A DNA stretch of 63,475 nucleotides, counting the filler, from Chiloscyllium plagiosum (taxonomy: Eukaryota): assembly GCF_004010195.1 (NCBI RefSeq). It is 4 parts of one record of this genome, joined end to end, with 100 filler letters (N's around TTAATTAATTAA, not from the genome) between each part and the next. Parts side by side here need not be neighbours in the genome. Positions count along the whole stretch, not along the records: positions 1 to 20,613 come from NC_057712.1; positions 20,714 to 43,691 come from NC_057712.1; 2 more parts are not named here. One strand, 5' to 3'. A model generated the notes under the pieces. The model was not told where the DNA came from, made no database searches, and saw only the letters and a list, made by a program, of their open reading frames with translations. Of the stretch, positions 13,061 through 25,319 are shown piece by piece (the first letter of the stretch is position 1; each line of letters starts with the position of its first letter). The position numbers and the translations under genes are program-made.

Positions 13061-15217
13061 ATACACTTCAGGTGACAAATTACTCCCCTCGAGGTAGAAT
13101 TGAAAAGTATCCATATGACTGCTAATTGCTAATGACTATTGGTGGAAAGTGCTGTTGTGCACATGTCAGGTTGGGAACAGTTTGGGTTATGACGACTTTC
13201 AGTCTTTTGGCCTTCCAGTACTCTCACATGCACAGCAACCACTGCGTAAATATCACAGGAAAATCGATGCAGCTGTGCAATCTTATCCCGGCAAAGTCGC
13301 TTTTTAGGATGAGAAACTGTCAAAGGCTTGCTCACAAACCAAAACAGAATAACTAAAAAATCGACCCAATCTCTGAATTCATAGGAAATTCACATCTTGT
13401 TATTTGTTTGTTGTTACTCTAGTCTCTTTTTGGGACCCGGAGACCTCTCCACCTTAATACATTTTTGTATCTCTTCAGGAAGCAAATGATTTCTGCATTA
13501 ATATTCAGTTGAGCCTCAAAATCCAGATCTTATGAGGTCTATTTGACAGTGTTGAACAGGTCATATTTGTAAGCAGGTCAGCCAACAGTCTTTGAAAAAC
13601 TAAAATATGCTTGTCAAGATAAAACCCATATTCTTTGGCAGCCTTCCTTCATAACCTGTGCCTTCACTGGAAACCAGAGCATTTTCAGAATAAAGATCCT
13701 GGCTGCTTCACATCAGAGGACTTGGTTAATGTTCTATGCATTTCAGTCTGGAGAGACCATAATCTTTAACATGCTGTGATTTATTGGTGAGTTATTTCAT
13801 TAGTAAAACTGATTTCCATGCTCATCTCTTCATCTGCAAAGATGCTCCGGTAATTTCAATGACCCCCATCTTTGACCTGATACAGAAATGAATGCCTTTT
13901 TGTGTGGCTTCAGCTCTACATCCATCAGTTTATGAATTTTCTTCAATTCAGTTTTTCAAGTGGGATATTAGTTTAGGGTATTTCATCCATAGATTTCCAA
14001 GAGGTCAAATACAGACAAGTTCAGAATTATACTTCTTTCCAAGCAAGGGATTAAAGAACACAGATGAAACAAGGAGAAACTCTCCAAAGGTATGAGGTAA
14101 ACTCTGAGATGATCACAGAAGGTATAACTTTTGCAGCTGCACCATTTTAGATTAGAGTCCACGGTATGAGATTCCCATCCACCCATCTAACCACCACTTG
14201 TTACATTTATATCTTAGACATAGATTTAAGGCATGGTTAAAATGCAAATACAGAACTAAGTTTAATTCAAAAGTCTCAGCTATAAAAACACCTCTTTGAA
14301 AGAGTGGGAAATGTTCTTTTTAAAACATCAAGTGTTATTACAATCTCTCTGATATAAAATAGCAAACTAGGATCAGAGGCAGGGATTTCTGTCATAAATT
14401 CCTTCCTGAAACTTGACATCTGTTCAACACCTACAAGACATGTCCGGAGCAAGATGGAATGCTTTTCATTTTCTTGAGTGGACTGCGACTCCAGCACATT
14501 CAAGAAACTGCCAGAGTCTAGGACAAAGCAGCCGACTTGTTTGGCATCTTATTCACCACCTTAAACTTTTACATAATTTGCCACCGATACACAGTGGCAC
14601 TGCATGGACTATCTACGAAATGTGCTGCAGCAATTCACCAATGATCCTTCAACGGATCCTAATAAACCTGAAAACTTGACCAGATACAAGGACAAAAGAG
14701 CAGATTTATGGGAATATAATCAGTTACAAGGTCCTCTCCAAGCCACAGACCACTCTGACCAGGAACAGTGCTGATGTTCCTTCACTGTAATTGGGTCAAA
14801 ATCCTGGGACTGCTTTCCTCAGTACCAGCACCAGATGGACTGTGGCAGTTTAATGTACTCACCGTCACCTTCTCAAGGGCTACCTTAGCCAGTCCACTTA
14901 TATGCAATTGAAAAACAAAATAATTGTAAGACGCAAAAGGAAAAGCAAGGAAGGAGGGAAAAGAGAAGAGAGAAAGAAAGAATAAACAAAAGAAGAAAAG
15001 ATAGATATACTTATCTACCCTTTAATAACTTCAGAATATCTTAAAAAACTTGACAACTAATCTGTGCACATAAAGACGCCACAAATAGCAGTGCTAAATA
15101 AAATAATAGCATTTTAATTAATCTGCTTGGGAGATAAATATTACCACAATGAGAATGCCCCTCTTATTCAAATTAGTCCTGCAGGAATTTTTACTTCACT
15201 TGAGTGTGCAGATGAGG

Positions 15218-15422
15218 TCTCAGTTAGCTGGACAGTTGGTTTGCAAGGCAGGGTGAAGCCAATAGAGTAGATTCAGTTCCCATACCAGTTGAGGATATCA
15301 AGAAAGACTCCCTTTCTTAACCCTCAGCCGAGGCATGGTTGCCATCAGGCTAATTCACAGTCAGTTGTCTCTGTTATGAGAGAGCAACCTTATGGTCCTC
15401 TGGGACTATGATGACCTTATTT
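15218..15422 (+). mobile_element. Short tRNA-derived SINE (separate family)
   Basis: ctcagttagctggacagttgg...gattcagttccc head and a short body; family recognised from memory only. Confidence 0.45.
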
Positions 15423-17190
15423 CCTCAGAACTCACTTAAGTAGCAGCATAGATTATATGCTTAAATTAAGTGATCCAAGTAGTTTGAGAATTCAAACATT
15501 TTATTCAGACACAAATGTTGATCACTGAGCCAAGGCTGACAATTAAGACAGTCAACAAACATAGGGAGGAAAGAAAGATTATACACAGAATTTTACAGAT
15601 ACTTAAGAACAATGTATGTCTGGTCCATGATAGACAGAAATATGATGAATCTCTTGGAGTCGACCCCTGGGCTCTGTGGATTCCAGTTTGAAAACATATG
15701 CATTGCATCATCCAATTTTATCCCTATTACATTAAACTAGTCTGTAAACTATAATTATTTAAATTACACAGTAGGGCTGAGTTTTATAGCTAAATTAATT
15801 ATTTTTGTTCATATTGCAAAGTCGCTTTAAGCAGCAATATTTTTTGGGTAGGTGAAGTACACTAAAGTCAATTTCGACGATACTACCTTCAGAAAGTTGT
15901 CTCAGATTGCTTCCCAGCTGGTCCCAGTTAAACTACCTGTGAACTTTTGAAATGCATGTATGGAATCCTTTTAATGTTGTGCAGCCAAAGCTTTTGTCTA
16001 ACACGAAAATAAGCCAGAGGAATGGCACATTGCACATATACTTAAGAGTAATTCTATTAGCACTGAATCAGTCTGTGTGTGCATTTGTTGACTCCATATT
16101 GCAGCTGGTGACACATAGTCTCAGTTTGCTAGATGCAGTACAATTACAGGCTACGTTACAGAAACAATTTCTTCATTGAGCAAGGGTTGCTAAATATTTG
16201 GTGCAATAAGCTCAGTAGTGGAGTCAAAAGTCACTGTTCATTGAACTGACAATACTTTCTTTTTTAATTGTATTTAACAAAATACAGTCAAAGCCCACAA
16301 AAGCCAGACTGAAGTTACTCAGAGGAGCTTGTTTCACACATTATTTTTCCTTCTTAGAAACCAACAGTAACACACTGGTATTTTGAAGTATACAAGTGTG
16401 TAATATGTGCACAGATGTGCTACAAACATAATGCTGAAACAAACTCAATTAAATATAATGAATGATGGACATCTGAGTAAGAACAAAAAAATCTGGAAAA
16501 ATTTAGCAAGTGAGACAACATCTATGGAGAAAAGTGGGATTAATGTTTCAGGTCACTGATCCTTCATCAGAAATGTGAGAGATTTTCAGCGAGTGAGTGA
16601 AGAGAGGTGCAAGGAAGAACAAAACAGAATGTCTGTGATAGTGTGGAAGTCAGAGGAGATGAAGTAATAAAAGAGTTTGTGACTCGACAGCCAAGTGTAG
16701 TAATCAATATAGTGAAGAAACAAATGCTGTGTCCAAATGAGCTGCGAATTGCCACATAAAAACCATTGGAATGCAACTTGAAGGGATTAAAAAAAAGACA
16801 AAGACCGATCCAGCAAAAGGAAAAAAAGAGGAAGAAACAAAACCATATGGAACGAGAGGTAGAAGTTATGATTTCACATTGTTGAACTTGATACTGTGTC
16901 CAGAAGGCAGTTGAGTGCCAAATTGTAAAATAAAATGATGTTCTTCGAGCTTGCAATGAACTTCAGTGGAGCACTGTAGCAAGCTGTGGATGAACAGGTC
17001 AGCATGGGAGTAGGAAAAATAAAAAGGATAAGCAATTGCAAGCTCAGGTTTAGGCTTACAAACTGAGCAAAGGTGCTGGGCAATGTAGTCACCCAGTCTG
17101 GCTTTGGTCAGAAGTGTTTAGTGCTTGGTGAGTTTGAAGGAATAAGATGAAAGGACAGATATTGTATCTCAAACACTTGCATGGAAAGGA

Positions 17191-17315
17191 TGATTTGGAG
17201 ATGCCAGTGTTGGACTGGGGTGTACAAAGTTAAAAATCACACAACACCAGGTTATAGTCCAACAGGCTTAATTGGAAGCACACTAGCTTTCGGAGCGACG
17301 CTCCTTCATCAGGTG
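17191..17315 (-). mobile_element. Short young PLE terminal fragment nested in the older PLE
   Basis: Nearly identical to 43083-43207; carries an intact hammerhead core. Confidence 0.75.
17281..17315 (-). ncRNA. Minimal hammerhead ribozyme motif
   Basis: Minus strand cac-CTGATGA-a-ggagc-gtc-gctcc-GAAAGCTA-gtg: core boxes, perfect helix II, 3-bp helix I, palindromic AGCT in place of helix III. Confidence 0.65.
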
Positions 17316-18914
17316 AAGGAGTTTGGGATGGCTGAGGAGTGGATGAGGGTGTCACAGAGGAAAAAGTCTCTAATTCTGGAATGAGATGGGAGGGTAAGAT
17401 CTGTTTGGTGGTTATAGCATGCTAGAGTTGGTGGAAGTGGCTGATCCATTGAATATGGAGGTTGATGGACTGTGATGGTGAATAGAAAACTGATGGTGGA
17501 ATCCAATCATTGCTCAGGGAGAGAGGGAAAGGGATGAGAATGAATAACTTGAAATTGATTGACCATTTTGAAGGACACTGTTGACCACACTGAGTGCAGA
17601 AGGTAGCACCATTGGAACAGAAGCAATTGAGACACTGAAACTGGGAGAATAGAATGGAGATCTTTCAGATGGCAGGCATGAGGAAGTATAGTTGAGGTAG
17701 CTCTGCGAGTCCATGAGTTTGGAATGAACATTAGTTGATAGCTTATCTCTAGCAATGAAGACAAAGAGATCAAGGAATGAAAGCCAAGGGTCAGCATTGG
17801 GCCAAATAAATGTGAGAGAAAGGTCAAACTTAGAAACAAAATCAGTGACATTTTCCAGTCCATGGGTCAGCACTAACACAATCATGAATGCACTGGAAAA
17901 AGTGGTAAATAAAAGCAAAATACTGAGGATGCTGGAAATCTGAAATAAAACCAGAAAATGCTGGAGAAACTCAGGTATGGCAGCAGCTATGGACTGATAG
18001 GACTCCTCATAATCTTTCAGTGCAAGTAGTAAAAGCTTTATTTGGAGGCAGTAAGTGGAGTTGAAAGAGAAGTTGTTTAGAATGAGAACAAGCACACCTG
18101 GGCAGATGGTGATAATGGTGGATGCTCACTGGTAGAGAGACTCTGTTTTGGAACTCTGAGTCTGTCGTGATGGGTGAGGTGGTGTACAGGCATCAACATC
18201 AATGATGAAGAGGAAGCAATAAGGACCAAGAAAGGTTGGGGAAGTGATGTGTGATGTCAGAAGAGTCAAGCATGTGGATTGGAAGAGACTGTACTAGGGC
18301 CAAAATAGAAAGTTCGGTGAGGCAGGAACAAGCTTCGATAATGGGACAACTAGAGTAGCACTATTTATGGATCTTGGGAATGGGGTAGAAGACTATAAAG
18401 GGTTTGGATTATAATTTTGGAAGTAATGTAGGTAAGGCCAGTGATACAAGATCAGTGGCAGTCAAGGATACAATGGCTTGATGTTTGTTAGTGAGGTCAT
18501 GGTCTGGAGGAAGTGTCAGTGAGTTGGTATTTAACCTCTGCTAGGTAGGTCTCAGAGGACTAGGTAATGACAGTGTTACCCTTATCAGCAAGTTGATAAC
18601 AATGTCAGGGTTGGACGTCAGTGAATGGAGTGCTGCAAGTACACTGGATCACAGTACAGAGTCAGAGTCATACAGCATGGAAACAGACCCTTTGGTCCAA
18701 CTAATCCATGCTGACTATAATCCCAAACAGGCTAGAGTGAGTGAGAGGAGCAGAGAATTCAAAATGACTACTGTTGCAACATCAAAACTGTGGGTGCTGG
18801 CAAAATGAAATAATAAAAAAAATCCAAAACCGATTAATTTTACATTCATGCAAAGATTCTATTTACTCCAAAGTGGAACGTCACAACTTTCAATCAATGT
18901 TAACACTCACCTAT

Positions 18915-19120
18915 TGTACTCTGTGCTACTTTCTCCCACTCCCACCTTCCTCTCACTTATCTCTCCACCCTTCAGGCTCTCTGCCTGTATTCCTGATGAA
19001 GGGCTTTTGCCCGAAACATCGATTTTACTGCACCTCGGATGCTGCCTGAACTGGTGTGCTCTTCCAGCACCACTAATCCAGAATCTGGTTTCCAGCATCT
19101 GCAGTCATTGTTTTTACCTC
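18915..19120 (+). mobile_element. PLE pLTR fragment
   Basis: Related to the 48932-49064 and 57869-58081 terminal sequence; contains a hammerhead motif. Confidence 0.7.
18989..19024 (+). ncRNA. Minimal hammerhead motif, partly decayed
   Basis: CTGATGA-a-gggc-tttt-gccc-GAAACATC; ACGT changed to ACAT, consistent with CpG decay. Confidence 0.5.
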
Positions 19121-20254
19121 GAGATACATTTATACTAATTTATTGCACATTTTTAAGACTATTTTATCATTCAATGTTCCATCTTTTCAGTAAAACAATA
19201 AAAATGTATTTAACAAAAGGTATGATACTTCATAGGAATTTATCGTACGTATAGTCCCATGATACATTCCTGAGAGCCGTGATATAAGGTTCTTTCATTT
19301 TTCAATTTTATTTAAAAGGCTTAAGTTTTCCCATGATTACTTTATCTCATACATTTTGGTTTTCTTATGACACATCCCATTATATATTGAAGATTATTGT
19401 ACCTTTGTTTGCTGAAGATGGTTAGGAAGCTCAGGGTTGAAACACTGACATTGGTGTTTAAGAACAGATCAGGAATACAGAAGCCAGGCTTCAAATGGCA
19501 TGCAGAAAACTACAGATTCCCAATAATAAAAATTCCAATCGGATTCTTGGAGGCTTTACTGAGAAAAAGCAGAATCGTTGATGCTTCCTCGTCTAAGCAT
19601 CAAGGCTAAACTACATTAACTCTTTGTCATACTATGTGAACTTCAATATTTACAAAACTCAATTTTCCTTGTTTTTATCTGTGATATTATGCCAAGTGTA
19701 AACTAAATTATTTTGAGAGAGGTGTTTTGCAGACCATAGTAACAAGCTCACCATTAAGTTTACCACTGAAGTAAATGCTGTCTAACACTGATACTATCAT
19801 TAGAGCACAAGAGAATCCAAAGGAAGAAAACTATTCAGCTAGTGAAAGACGGCTGTCTCCAGAGACTCTGTATCATTGTATGATAGAAACATCTACGATC
19901 CCCTAATTTAGGAGACATTAGGTTCCAATTCCAGCTTCCCCAGATGATATGAAGCAGTGCTGTTAAATATCTCTTTATTTGGTTTCTCAGCAGCATTGAC
20001 TGATCCAACTTTGTTGCAATTGTGCTAGTTGAGTCCAAATTAACTAATTCCTCTGTCTTTATTGTTTCCACTCTTCTGTTGTGAAAAAAGGTTTTTGATC
20101 ACTGACCTCATGAACCTGTATATTTTTCATACTTTAATGTTTCTATTCTTACTAATAATTTAAAAGAAGGCAATACTTCAAACACAACAGTTCTTAGACA
20201 AATACCTTGAAATGTCAATTGTTTTAAAAGAGACATACATGATTTGAACATAAT

Positions 20255-20613
20255 TATTTCTCTAGGAGGTAAAGAAGTTTTCCTCCTCTCTCTACAAGAA
20301 TCTCAGGGAGTCCCTCTCCCACTGAAACTCCCAGGTCATTTCCTCTGCCCTGAATCTCTTCAACCATGTCGTGAAACAAACTCGGTACCACAGCCACACT
20401 TGCTTCCTCAGTGCATGCCTCTGTAACCAACTCATCCCACACGGACTCCGGACCACCTTTAAACCAGCAGAGTTCGGACCCGAACAGGACAAACAATACA
20501 GACTACAGATTCAAAAACACCAGCAACAGTTCTCCTTCAAGATCCTCCGCTCCACGCTTGCAGCAATGCGCGGGCACCTAACCTCTCTACAGTCAGCCTT
20601 GCCTCAGCTGAGG
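20255..20613 (+). mobile_element. Penelope-like element 5' ORF fragment, cut by the linker
   Basis: Open frame KQTRYHSHTCFLSACLCNQLIPHGL...ILRSTL resembles a PLE N-terminal domain; C-rich composition distinct from the flank. Confidence 0.65.
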
Positions 20614-20713
20614 NNNNNNNNNNNNNNNNNNNNNNNNNNNNNNNNNNNNNNNNNNNNTTAATTAATTAANNNNNNNNNNNNNNNNNNNNNNNNNNNNNNN
20701 NNNNNNNNNNNNN
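20614..20713. other. Artificial contig-joining linker
   Basis: 44 N + TTAATTAATTAA (stops in all six frames) + 44 N = 100 bp. Confidence 0.97.
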
Positions 20714-21250
20714 TGGATGCAGTGTGTTGGAGGTGGGCGAAGGGGTCCTCGGAAGGTGGGCGGGAGTCCTGATTGTGAAAGTAAACTCGGAGGCGGAGGC
20801 AACGGAAGAATTGTTCGACGTCACGGCATGTATTAAATTAATTGATGCGTGGACGGAGGGGGATGAAGGTGAGTCCTTTGCTGAGGACTGATCGTTCGTC
20901 CTCAGTGAGGGGAAGGTCTGGAGGGATGGTGAAAACTCGGCAGGGTTGGGAACTGGGATCTGGTGTGGGTGGAGAGCTGGGAGTGGGGGCGGAACCTGTA
21001 ACTGGAATGGGTGTGATGGTGGGGGGAATGGGGGTGGAGTCATGAGCATGGGTAGTGTTCCCCTCGGGGTTCTGGGGGGTAGGGATAGTGACAATGGGAT
21101 CTGTGGGGGGCATGTCAGCAGAATGCAGGTGAGGGGCGCTGGTGGGGGCGGAAGTGGTGGTGACCACGGCAGTAAGGGTGGCGGAAGTCACTGAGCATGT
21201 GGCATCAGCGATGATGTGAGGGGCGGAAGTGATGTCACGTGTGATGCATG
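20714..21250 (-). mobile_element. Penelope-like element internal fragment, cut by the linker
   Basis: Pro/Thr-rich linker followed by VFTIPPDLPLTEDERSVLSKGLTFIP, the LSKGL.F.P motif that precedes PLE RT. Confidence 0.75.
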
Positions 21251-24200
21251 AAGAGGAAGAGTTTAGAGGGATATGGGCCAAATGCTGGCAAATTTTAGAC
21301 TAGATAAATTTAGGATAACTGGCTGGTATGGATGAATAGGACCAAAGGGTTTGTTTTTATACTGTACAACTATACAACTTATAAATTATGTATCTACAGG
21401 AAACTGTTTAATTTTAGGTATGCATTTACATGCCACCACACTGCAGGTAATGCATTATTACATTATGTTTATAAAATAATCTTACTTTCTTAACCAATCT
21501 ATTTATTTCGGCGTGCAATATTATAGAGCTTATGCATAACCTTGTCAATGACTAGATGAAGCTCTTTAAGCCCGCCTTCAACTAATTTATTATGTAGTCC
21601 TTCACTGTACACAAGCTGAAAAGTTATTCTGCTCTAAGTTCCCACGAATTAAACTGTTCCTGTTTAAACCATGCAGTAGAGGCCAAAATGTGGTCACAAT
21701 ATTCAATTTGCCAGTTTGAAAGAAAATATTCAGATAAGTGACTCACTTATTTTGGGCAGAAAGAACCTTATCAAAATCAGTTTAATCCTAAGGCAATAAC
21801 AGCTAATCATGAGTCAACAAACTGCAATTATATTATTCAATCCCATTCTACAATAGAAAAGACACCACAATAATCATTTTACAGCCTTGAACAAAACATG
21901 TTCATGACTGATGCAAGACCCACCTATAAAATTACGCTCAATCAACTATTTAAATTTACAGTACAAGAAAAATTGCTTTTAGGTGCTTAAGCCTGCCAGT
22001 TTTGCAAAGGTAGCAATCTCTCATTTTTCAGTTATATATCAGAATACAGGAAAGGCATAATTTCCCTAAGGACCTGGCCAATGGCTGAACTTTATATGTA
22101 GCAAGCCTTGACATGAGAGTAATTGGAACTTCATTTTGAGTGACAGCACGTCCTTGCCTCCTCAGAGATAGAATATTTGGATCAGGTTTGAGTTTTAATT
22201 CAGCTTGTTTCTGCCTTTACTGTTTTCTTAATTGTATGCTGGGGACATAAATTATCTATTTTCTGAGGATCTAAGTGACATAACAAGTCTGATACACTTT
22301 TAGAAGGGGTTAAAAGTTTGTGATTCTTAATTTAATGCTTTGACACCTTGCCATTATGTATACTCATCAAATTGGAAATGGGGAAACATGGTTACTATAA
22401 ACAGTGGAGACTGCTGCATTTTTTTCAACCAAACTCCAACTTTTTGGTTCAAATTTGATCGATTAAATATAGTTTGCCCTTTAAAAATCTGTATTTATCT
22501 TCAGGAATGGCCCTGTCAGGTTTTCCTAAGTGACTCCCACTTGCACCTTCCTCTGCAACATCACAATCTTACTCCATGCCATTTCATACATAAAAAAGCT
22601 CATATGAACATTTTAAATGAACTGAAAGAATTTCTTTCCCCAAAGCTAGTGCAATGACAGAACGCAAATTCATTATTTTCATAAAGGTTGATTTTGGGTT
22701 ATCTTGAATCATGAAATGCATATATAAATTGCTGACAACTTTTCACCTATAAAGAGTGAGCATTGAATATTTACAGCTTGGTTTATGCTTAAGAGTACTG
22801 AGAGTTCAAAATACAATATTTGACCCATTAGCCATTTAGGCAATTTGAATAGTTAAATGCCTTTAAGCGCACTCATTTCATGCTCAGCTGGGAGCATGTA
22901 TATTTTGAAATGAATTTATTTAATGCCATCTCAATCAGCTCATATCTGGCAGTTGAGAGATTTTAAGATGAGTCAGCACAAAAGTCCATTCAACCCACTC
23001 TGCCAACGCCAGATGTTTAAAGGATTTATTCAATTGTTTACACTTTTCTTTCCATACAGTGATGAAGATCTCTCTGGCTAATTAACATATATTGGTGGCA
23101 GTGGAGCTGTAAAAAGGACCATAAAATAATCATTTTTCAGCAGCTGGGTTATTTAGTCTTGTCAAGCAATTCCTCAGGGCCTACTTTAAAACAAACATCA
23201 TTCTGCCATTAACAAAAAATAATCAGGAAAATTAGTTTCATACAAGGACCTAGTGAAATAACTACCGGCACCCAGTGTTATTGAAGCATGGAAAGATTTT
23301 TCAGCTGACTTCTTGAATTAATCTTGTTGGAGATGCTGGAGGACTATCAACTACTTTTGTTAAGTCACTGAAAATGTTCAAATCAGAGTGCAGTTTCATA
23401 ATAATCGAGATGAGCACCAAAATGCTCATCATTGTTGCAAAGTGAGTAATCCAGATGAACATTTTAAGAAATTGGTGGAAAATTAGCAGACCTCTGCTAC
23501 ACTATTTATGGGTATTATCAGGCTATCGTTAAATTGCTTTTAGCTAGATGGCCACTTTGCATCACATTACAGAGTATCTTACATTTGATGGGTCTTCCTA
23601 AATATCAACAGCTGGTATTTTGAAGATCTGCAAAGAGATCATACAACAATCATACAAAGCTGCAAAACATTCTTCTTGCCTAACAATTCAAATTGCAATA
23701 TGTACTCTCCTGAGCATTTCAGGAATGCAAACATTAAACAGAACCTCCTCCATTCTGATGTTTCTTTATTTCTTCCCTGTTCACAAAACAGACATGGCAG
23801 GATTTTTTTTAAAAGACTGAATATATCACTGGAATTTATGGATATGGATGACATAAGTGAAAGTGGAATTTGAGTTAGATGAATAGCTGCGATCATAACA
23901 AATGGCGGAGCTGGGCTCGAACGGCCAAATGATCTCCTTATGCTCTTACTTTCTACTACCACAATCATGTTTCAATAATGACACAGCTTTCATCAGTCAT
24001 TTTCCCTCTGAGATGATTTCAATTTAACCCTAGATCTAGGTTGGTGTTCTTAATTTATACCAAACTTCCAGCCTTTGCAACTTTTGATCCCATGGTGGTC
24101 TGGTCAGTGAGCCCTATTATCCATAAATAGGTAACAAGGTTGTGGAAGTAAAAACAGAAAAGGTTAATATCTGAAATGTTAATTTTATTTCTCACCATAG

Positions 24201-25319
24201 TTAGAGCTATGATTCTGAAGACCTCTCAGAAAGTTGAATATTTTTTGTGAAAAACAGCTCAAGCTTTGTCAGCAGCATGTTGTTTTAAGTTGGTTTTCTC
24301 ACTATGAAGACACTTTGTTGCATTGTCCATTGAAAAATCTGTGCAACTGAGAATACCTTCATATATAAAACAGGGGTACAAATTTGAACTAGATTGGAAG
24401 AGTTGCTGGAACTGTCAGAGACCAGGAAATTGTTTGTACTCTTCATGATTACACAGATAGTCTAGGCCATTATTAACCTTGATGTTTTTACTAAAACAAT
24501 TTTGTTACTTTGGTCACTTGTATCACCTTCAAAATTAAAGGATGGTGACATGCTTTAGGCTAAAACAATACATGTAGAAGGTTCATAAATATCATAAATT
24601 ACTCTAATTTGTCAGACATACTGGTCAACTACAAACACTTTGTAAATAATTATGATCCTGGTAAATTTCCACATAATTTTCCATAGTTATTTTTAGGTGA
24701 TCAAGTTGTTGTGCTTTCCAAAATCTCTCTTTAAGCAAAAAAGAAATCCAAAACATAAATCCAATACATTTGAATCAAATTGCAAATCAAAAAAAAAGTG
24801 AAAAATACAAATGGTTTCTATTACCTACAGTTTCATGGATGGGAAACTTTTCAAGGATGATAAAATATTAAGATATTGGGGTAAATTATCTATGTGCCTT
24901 GAAGCCTTAGGTGAATATCTTCATGTAATCTTCACCTGAAAGACACAATGCATTTCCTAGGGGGTACCTGGAATTCTAAGGGCATTGTTCACTTTTATAG
25001 AAAAAAAATGAAGTGGTACAGCTTTAAATCAGAATGATTACAATACCATTTTATATTTGAGTCAATTAATTTAGGTCACTACTTTAGGATTATACAAATT
25101 TGACTAAATGTATTTTTGGTCATAGCAGCCTGCTAATAGTTTTGCAGTGCTGCTCTATCAAATTTTTGCATTAACATGCACGAGGAATTATTTTTCAACT
25201 TTAACACCAAATTTCTTTTAAAAAGAGTAGTAATTTACTAAGTATGCAACGAATATTGGAAAAACATCTGCAAAGTAAAACTAATATATAATTTGCTTTT
25301 AAGTCTAGATAAAAAAGTT

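Larger units (their letters stand above)
16480..18600 (-). mobile_element. Old, degenerate Penelope-like element
   Basis: Minus-strand remnants LSFLDLFVFIARDKLSTNVHSKLMDSQSYLNYTSS and LILNNFSFNSTYCLQIK align with the younger PLE RT at 49.5-50.4 kb; degenerate pLTR at ~16485-16570. Confidence 0.7.

Noticed and set aside
20658..20669. TTAATTAATTAA as a biological motif
   Set aside because: Centred in identical 100-bp N blocks three times; it is an assembly linker.
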